Source: Eledone cirrhosa
Taxonomy: Eukaryota
Reading direction: 5' to 3'
DNA: 64,000 bases
Assembly (NCBI GenBank): GCA_964016885.1
Contig: OZ024749.1
Span: 14,074,001 to 14,138,000, forward strand
Under the pieces are notes generated by a model. That model made no database searches. It was not told the DNA's origin and saw only the letters and a program-made list of their open reading frames with translations. Every line of letters begins with the position of its first letter. Position 1 is the first letter of the stretch. This document shows positions 56,517 through 64,000 of this stretch, piece after piece. The position numbers and the translations under genes are program-made.

Positions 56517-57018
56517 TATGTATTGCTAAATTTACAGTAAGACATTCCAGATGTGACATTTTGACATAACACATTTCAACACAAACCAAATTCTTAAAAA
56601 TTAATAAGACAACTGTGGTAATTGTCTTGTCGAAAGTAATTGTAAAACACATTACATTTCTCTCTGTGACACAGCAAAAATGCTATCAGAATCTTTACAG
56701 ACAATTTTTTAAATTTCTTTCTTCTAATTTTTTTCCCGTTGTTGTTTATATGTTGTTTTTAACATTGTATTTATATTTTAAAAACATTTTTTTTTCTGTT
56801 TCTGTTTTTCAATAAATTTCATTTATTTTCCATTTCTTAAAGGAATTTTGTTGTTGTTGTTGTTGTTGTTGTTGTTGCTGTGTGACAAGAAATAAACCTT
56901 TTGAATTATTTATAATGTTTCATCTTTGATATTTTTTTATTTTTTTTTTTTATTTATTTATTTTATTTTTTTATTTTTCTCATTTTTTTATTTTTTTTAT
57001 TTTTGGTTGTGTCTGAAG

Positions 57019-57177
57019 AGAGGGCTACACAGCTTGTATTTCAACGACCAAAAACGTAGAATTGACTTTGTGTTGGCATTCAATCGCGAACATAATGATG
57101 GTAAAAATGAAAAGCGTAGAGAAGAGTTCCAAAACAGCTTGATCAAGTTTGGACTGGAATTAGAATTCACAGAGAAG
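57019..57177 (+). CDS. Anoctamin (TMEM16) family exon, N-terminal cytosolic dimerisation domain (RGLHSLYFNDQKRRIDFVLAF...GLELEFTEK)
   Basis: LYFxDxKRRIDFVL...KRxxFxxxLxxxGLELE is the anoctamin N-terminal signature; T-rich tract then gaag acceptor; AAG|gtaagg donor; phase 0-0. Confidence 0.9.
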
Positions 57178-57404
57178 GTAAGGACAATACAGTTTTTGTT
57201 GCTTTTTTTTATTTAAATTTTTTTTATTTTCCATCATATAATTCTTACATTATTCATACACACATGTACAGCAGGTCCAAACAGAGAGGAAACAAACTCC
57301 TACTGTCATCGACTCCGTCTCTCCCGCTCTCCGCATCTTTCATTGTTATGAGCAAATGGGGGGAAGGGGGCACGCAGTGGCCACCCCATGCCCATTATTA
57401 TTAT

Positions 57405-57780
57405 CTAGCATAGTTACATCCTTTCACATTCTGAGTTCAAATCCCACCGAGGTTAACTTTGCCTTTCATCCTCACGGGGTCGATGAAATAAAGTACCAGT
57501 AATACACTGGGTAATTGCTGGCCTTGTGCTTTGACAATTATTATTATTATTATTATGTAAGGGCGGTGGATTGGCAGTATTGGTAGAGGGTCAGACACCA
57601 TGCCTTGCAGCATAGAGTTACGGCCCTTTACCGTCTGAGTTCAAATCCCACCGAGGTTAACATTGCCTTTCATCCTTATGGGGTCGATAAAATAAAGTAC
57701 CAGTCATGCACTGGGGTCGTTTTATCGACTTTCCCCTCCCCCCAAAATTGCTGGCCTTGTGCCTATATAAGAAACCATTA
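57405..57780 (+). mobile_element. Two SINE family A copies; another at 58314-58505
   Basis: Family A body motifs. Confidence 0.8.
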
Positions 57781-59092
57781 TTTACCTCAGGATTGATTTT
57801 ATTGCAGGTAAGATGTGTGTGAGGCAACCAATTATTACTTGTAACCTTAGCAATCCTCATGATTTCAATAAGCCATCAAGTGCTCAAAACACTTCCAATG
57901 TTGCTCTCTATTCCTAAGAGGTGGAAACTTCTAGAGAAACTTCTGTAGAGACTCTGTAGAACATTCCACTTCAATCACCTTTGTCTATTATTATCGTTGT
58001 TATTGTTGTTGTTGTTGTTATTGTTTTCTTACAAGTATAAAAACCATTGATACACACATACAACTCTATTGATACTTCAAAAAAAGCCATTATTATGTGT
58101 GTTTTTCTATAAATATTGATGTTATAACAATTGATAATATAAATATAAAATATATTCAATAATTATCACAATTTCCTTTGTTTGTAGCATTTTGTACATC
58201 ATTTATCTATTACACACTCACACACATACATATTATATTATTATGTTATATAAAGTACCAGTAATACACTGGGTATTTGCTGGCCTTGTGACAAAAGTAG
58301 AAACAATTATTTATGGGCGGTGGATTGGCAGTATCGGTAGACGGTCGGACGCCATGCTTTGACGCATTGAGTTATGGCCCTTGCCATTCTGAGTTAACAT
58401 CCCGCCGAGGTTAACTTTGCCTTTCATCCTTACGGGGTCGATAAAATAAAGTACCAGTAATGCACTGGGTAATTGCTGGCCTTGTGCCAAAAGTAGAAAC
58501 AATTATATATAAATATATATCCATTACACACACACACATATATATATGTGTATATATATATATTATATTATTATATTATATATATATATTGTTTCCTTGA
58601 GCAAGACACTCTATTTCACATTGCTCCAGTTTATTCAGCTGTAGAAATGAGATGATAGGGACTGGGGTCCCTATCATTCCACTGCAAAGTGGTCGAGGAG
58701 GAGCCACGGCAAAAAAGCACCCAGCCCACACTGCAAAGTGGTCGTGGAGGTGCCATGGCAAAAAAGCACCCAGCACTCACTGTAATTGAGGTTGGTGTTA
58801 AGAAGGGCATCCAGCTGTAGAAATCAAGCCAGAATCAGTTCCCGTCCCACCCTTGCAAGCAGGGAAAAGCGGACGTAAAATTATGATGATGATTATATAT
58901 ATATATATTAAAATAACAGATTAAAGTTTAAGCAAAGAATCGCTGCTTTCACCCTTAACGGGATCTTCTGAAACTCTTATATATTTGATATATATTTATA
59001 TATATTTGACATATATTTATCCTTATCGAACCCTCTTTGGATTTTAGTCTTCAAATTTATTATTATTACTATATATATATTTATATATAAAT

Positions 59093-59123
<31 letters not shown>

Positions 59124-59144
59124 CATATATATATACATATATAT

Positions 59145-59368
59145 AACGAAGGAAATGTGGTAAGGAACCAGGTGGACCATAACGCACCAAAGTACTCAAT
59201 ACTTGAGGTAGTAGAGTGGGTAATAGGAACCAGTAAGACCCCGACAGCTGAGCTCAAGCCGTTTCGACGGCTAATTCTGGACTAAAAAAAAAGATCATTT
59301 TTTTTTTAGTCCAGAATTAGCCGTCGAAACGGCTTGAGCTCAGCTGTCGGGGTCTTACTGGTTCCTAT
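59145..59368. repeat. pLTR-like element with perfect ~70-bp-arm hairpin (59223-59368) containing a hammerhead 3' half; relatives at 26150-26265, 30711-30800, 32201-32248, 47740-47775
   Basis: GAAAC-ggct-tgagctc-agct-GTC-gggg at 59326-59352; shared tail CCCACTCTACTAC..GTATTGAGTACT..GGTTCCTTACCAC. Confidence 0.82.
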
Positions 59369-59977
59369 ACATATATATATATATATATATATATATTATT
59401 CAGTTGGTGAAAGATGATTGATAAAAAATCTGCCGACTTTTTCTCGATACATCTAAAAACATGCAGGGTGGTTATTATATAACTACCTTTCGTATCTTTG
59501 AAATACGTATAATGAATTAGATAATAAAATAATGATGTACAAATAAAACCATCTCTCTTATATATAAATATACACTTCTTCATTATATTAAGGCTAAATA
59601 GTGAGTCTTGTTACTCTGGAGTTTCACATGTTTATGACAGGGTCATAGTTTAGCCTTAATACAATGAATATTGAAATTCTACTTCAGTATTGAGTACCCC
59701 TTTCTCCCAGCCATCATATATATATATGTATATTGATGTTGTTGTTTCTCTTGTTACTGTTACTATTGTTCTTACTATTGTTGTTATTGTTGTTGTTGTT
59801 GTTACAGTTGTTGTTGCAGTTGTTGTTGCTGTTGTTGTTACTGATGTTGTTACTGTTGTTACTATTGTTACTATTGTTGTTACACTGTTACTATTGTTGT
59901 TATTATTGTTATTGTTGTTGCTGCTGCTGCTGTTGTTGCTGTTGCTGTTGTTATTGTTATTGTTGTTGTTGTTACAG

Positions 59978-60076
59978 GCTTTCAAGAAGAAGAAGATCGA
60001 TTTCGTCAAGATCCACGCTCCTTGGGATGTTCTGTGTGTTTATGCTGAGTTTCTACACATGAAGATGCCATTAGCG
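59978..60076 (+). CDS. Anoctamin (TMEM16) family exon (AFKKKKIDFVKIHAPWDVLCVYAEFLHMKMPLA)
   Basis: FVKIHAPWxVLxxYAExLxxKMP is conserved in anoctamins; ttacag acceptor, GCG|gtgaga donor; phase 0-0, in frame with the previous exon. Confidence 0.92.
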
Positions 60077-60988
60077 GTGAGAAACACTTCCACACTTCTA
60101 CACATACTGTGGCAGGCACACACACACACATACAGACACACACACATACATACAGACACACACACACACACTGACACACACTGACACACACACACACACA
60201 CACACTGACACACACTGACACACACACACTGACACATACATACAGACACACACTGACACACACACATACAGACACTGACACATACATACACACACACACA
60301 CTGACACACACAGACACACACACACACACAGACACACAGACACACACAGACACACATACAGACACACACACAAACACAAACACACAGACACAAACACACA
60401 CACACACAAATACATACACACACACGCATACGCACATGCTCACACACACAGACACATGCACACAGACAGACACAGACACACACACACACACTGACACACA
60501 CACGCACACAGGCACACATACATAGACACACACACAAACACACACACAGACACAAACACACACACACAGACACAAACACACACAGACACAGATACACGCA
60601 CACACACACACGCACACAGACACACATACATACAGACACACACACAAACACAAACACAAACACACAGACACAAACACACACACACACACACACACACATG
60701 CTCACACACACAGACACACAGACACACACACACACACACTCAGACATTGCCTATTGTCCTCTCTCTCAGCCCCCCCCCCTACCCATTAATATACCTGCCT
60801 CGAGTATATATGTGACCAAAATATAAAATTTTGATAAATAAACTTTGAAATAAAGAAGTTTTCATAACATCTGAAAGGGATGGTCATTTTTAGATCTACG
60901 AAACTATAAGGCAAGGCTAAAGTAAGTCAAACTGCTAATACAAATATTCCTATATGCATATATATATGTATATATATATGTATATATA

Positions 60989-63900
60989 TCATCATCATCA
61001 TCATCATCACCGTTTTACGTCCGTTCTTCCACGCTAGCATGGGTTAGACGGGTTGTCCTGTTGTGGGCAGTGTCTGGTCGGCTGACCATGCCTTGCTCAT
61101 ACAGGAACTGATCTGGCTTGATTTCTACAGCTGGATGCCCTTCCTAACACCAACCTCATTTACAGTGAGTGCTGGGTGCTTTTTCGTGGCGCCTACACGT
61201 CCACTTTACAGTGTGGGCTGGGTGCTTTTTTGCCGTGGCACCTCCACGGCCACCTTGCGGTGGGGGGGGGGGGGCATATTGTTTATATGCTTCAGCATGT
61301 ACCCATGGGAGGTCGGGTACCCTGTATTACTGCGTGACGCCAGAAGTCACGGTCGTGTGTCATTGACTTTGAGAGGTGTAGTTGGGTAAGGTCGGCTTTT
61401 ATCACCTCATCCCAAGTCATCTTGGGTCTCCCCACTCCGCGGTTTCCATCAACTTCTAGTGCTCTGCACCTTTTTATGCAGCTGTCATCCTTCATACGCA
61501 TCACATGTCCATACCAGCGTAACCGCCTCTCCTGCACGCAGCATTTGATTCCTCTTATGCTCAGTCTCTCTCTCAATTCCTTTATGCTTTGTCGTTCACG
61601 TATATTACTGTTACACATCCATCGGAGCATGCAGGCTTCGTTTCTCTCTAATCTACGTAAGTCTTCCACCTTCAGCGCCCAGGTCTCACTACCATGCAAC
61701 ATCGCTGTTCGGATACACGCATCATACAGTCTGCCTTTCATTCTGAGGGAGAAGCCTTTTTCAGCTAGCAGTGGTAGTAGTTCCCTAAACTTCTTCCATC
61801 CCGTTCTTACCCTAGTTATTGTACTTTCTGAGCACCCACCTCCGTTGCTAATTCGGTCACCTAGGTAGCAGAAGCTGTCTACTGTTTCTACAGGGCCCTC
61901 CCAGAGATTGGTGGTACTTGTTTCCTGTGGCTGTTTGCTTGCTGTTTCAGCACAGCTGCTGCATGTGAATCCTACATTCTTAATTAAGCTTCCTGAGATC
62001 CCGCTACATCTCTTGTGTACCCATTGTTTGCATTTGGGGCAGAGAATGGAGTTTCTACCTACACCTTTCCTACATACTGAGCAAGGCCATTTCCCTGAGG
62101 GGATCTGGGTTCTGTTTTCTCGTCTACTTACAAGGACCTTAGTCTTTGTCATGTTGACTTTGAGGCCCTTTCTCTCTAGTCCCTGCTTCCAGGTTTGGAA
62201 TTTATTCTCTAGTTCTACCATAGATTCAGCTATGAGTGCGAGGTCATCAGCATACAGGAGTTCCCATGGGCATCCGGTCTTAAACTCCTCCGTTATTGCC
62301 TGCAGGACTATGATGAACAGGAGAGGGCTAAGAACAGAGCCCTGGTGGACCCCAACCTGTACGCTAAATTCCTCGCTATACTCATTGCCAATCCTAACTT
62401 TGCTGACTGCTCCCCTATACATGGCTTGTACCGCTTTCACAAGCCATTCATCTACTCCTAGTTTTCTAAGAGCCCACCAGATTACTGCACGTGGAACTCT
62501 GTCAAAGGCTTTCTCAAGGTCGACAAATGCCAAGTAGAGTGGCTTACTTTTAGCTAGGTACTTTTCCTGTAATTGCCTCACAAGGAAGAGGGCATCAGTG
62601 GTGCCTTTCCCTGGTACAAACCCAAATTGCATCTCGTCTATATTCACCCGGTCCCTAATCAGCTGTGCTATAACTCTTTCTGTTACTTTCATGACCTGGT
62701 CCATCAACTTTATACCTCTATAGTTTCCTCTATCTAGTGCATCGCCTTTACCTTTGTAGCAGTTGACAATGATGCTACTGCACCAATCTTTTGGTATGGC
62801 CCCCTCTAGTATTACCTGGTTAACGATACGTGTGGTTATAGTGTGACCTACAGACCCAGATGCCTTCAGCATCTCGGCAGCTATACCCGATGGACCGGTT
62901 GCCTTCCCTATCTTCATATCTCTGATTGCCTTACTTACTACGCTGCCGCTGACTTGTACTGCTGGTCCCTCTATAGGGTCTACGTGGGGTAGGGTCTCTT
63001 CTTCCCATGCATTCTCCTCATTTAGTAATCTATCATAATGACTCTTCCATGCATCTTTCTTCTCAGCACTTGTGAGGGCAAGCTCACCTTTATCATTCCG
63101 GATACACTTCTCTCCAATGACATCACAACTATCTCTGACACACTGCCTCGCAATCTTGAATACCTCCTGTTTCTGGTCCTCACGTTGTAAAACATGCTTG
63201 AATTTTCTATCCTCTGCTTCCCTCCTAGCTAAGTATACTTGTCGCCTAGCTTCCCTCTTGGTCTCTATGTAATGTACCCTGCTCCCCCCGTTCTTCCATT
63301 CTTTCCATGCCTGTCTCTTGGCCTTGACTGCTTCATCTACCTTATTGTTCCACCACCAAGTCACTCTCCTCCTGCTTGAGGTCTTACTCCAGCCACAAAC
63401 CTCATCCGTCGCCTCTAGTAAGTTATTTTTTAGGAACTCCCAGTTCTCTTCTACGTTAAATGTCTCTATCTGTTCTTCTTTACTGTCGTAGGCGTTGAGT
63501 AAAATATCTTTAAATCTGTTACTGGTTGAGGGGACTTTCAGCTTCCAGATCTTTCTTCTCCAGGTTGGCCTCTGTTTCAGGGCTCGTCTAGTTCTGACCG
63601 TGAGGTCGCTGACAACTAAGCTATGTTGGGATGTACATTCCTCACTAGGGAAGGCTTTTGTGTTTACGACCGTCCATCTGTCACGTCCTCTGATGAGGAT
63701 AAAATCTAACTGACTAGAGTGCTCCGGTGATCAGGTGGTTGTCGGGTTTTTTAAAGTTTGTGTTACATATCGACATGTCATTGGCGTCGCAGAATTCTAG
63801 AAGTCTGAATCCTTCCTCATTCCTTGTGCCAACTCCATGGCCTCCATGTACTCTATTGAAGCTGTCGCAGTGTTTACCTACGTGTCCGTTAAAATCTCCT

Positions 63901-64000
63901 GCAATGATTAGGAAGTCCTTGTCGTCTGTTAGAGCAGTAGTGTGTATTAGGGACTCGTAAAACCTATCCTTAAGTTCGTCTGGCAGCCCCGATTGGGGTG
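60989..64000 (-). mobile_element. RTE LINE (APE + RT), runs off the window; small frameshifting deletion at ~63726
   Basis: ORF 61292..63364 with RT motifs (frame reads open to ~63726); APE motifs AGDFNGHVG and NFKKPDNHLIT beyond; (ATG)n tail at ~60989. Confidence 0.95.
61292..63364 (-). CDS. RTE retrotransposon ORF, RT part
   Basis: YRGIKL, QFGF, FVDLEKAFD, YADD and PHD-like insert. Confidence 0.9.
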   Translation of the reverse strand: MTWWWNNKVDEAVKAKRQAWKEWKNGGSRVHYIETKREARRQVYLARREAEDRKFKHVLQREDQKQEVFKIARQCVRDSCDVIGEKCIRNDKGELALTSAEKKDAWKSHYDRLLNEENAWEEETLPHVDPIEGPAVQVSGSVVSKAIRDMKIGKATGPSGIAAEMLKASGSVGHTITTRIVNQVILEGAIPKDWCSSIIVNCYKGKGDALDRGNYRGIKLMDQVMKVTERVIAQLIRDRVNIDEMQFGFVPGKGTTDALFLVRQLQEKYLAKSKPLYLAFVDLEKAFDRVPRAVIWWALRKLGVDEWLVKAVQAMYRGAVSKVRIGNEYSEEFSVQVGVHQGSVLSPLLFIIVLQAITEEFKTGCPWELLYADDLALIAESMVELENKFQTWKQGLERKGLKVNMTKTKVLVSRRENRTQIPSGKWPCSVCRKGVGRNSILCPKCKQWVHKRCSGISGSLIKNVGFTCSSCAETASKQPQETSTTNLWEGPVETVDSFCYLGDRISNGGGCSESTITRVRTGWKKFRELLPLLAEKGFSLRMKGRLYDACIRTAMLHGSETWALKVEDLRRLERNEACMLRWMCNSNIRERQSIKELRERLSIRGIKCCVQERRLRWYGHVMRMKDDSCIKRCRALEVDGNRGVGRPKMTWDEVIKADLTQLHLSKSMTHDRDFWRHAVIQGTRPPMGTC

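Overview
Repeat-dense, AT-rich animal genomic DNA. The SINE and RTE-LINE repertoire points to an octopod cephalopod (inference). The only host gene I can support is the 5' part of an anoctamin/TMEM16-family gene on the + strand, with two confident exons (57019-57177, 59978-60076) and two probable upstream exons (16477-16541, 31182-31295) that splice in frame. The rest is transposons and simple repeats: near-full-length RTE LINEs (3.9-7.8 kb, 61-64 kb), a CR1/L2-group LINE with a CCCH ORF1 (34.2-38.3 kb), R4/Dong fragments, two tRNA-derived SINE families, small DNA-transposon derivatives, and micro/minisatellites. Nearly all long ORFs in the ORF track are microsatellite artefacts. The most notable signal is a set of roughly 15 short (TA)n-embedded, often palindromic elements that carry type I hammerhead ribozyme motifs, intact, degenerate or partial. 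They include minimal dimer-type cores with palindromic stem III, versions with a 60-105 nt structured insertion in stem II, and U3-A8 compensatory core variants. They resemble Penelope-like pseudo-LTR or retrozyme-type non-autonomous elements. All structures were read by eye and none is experimentally verified.
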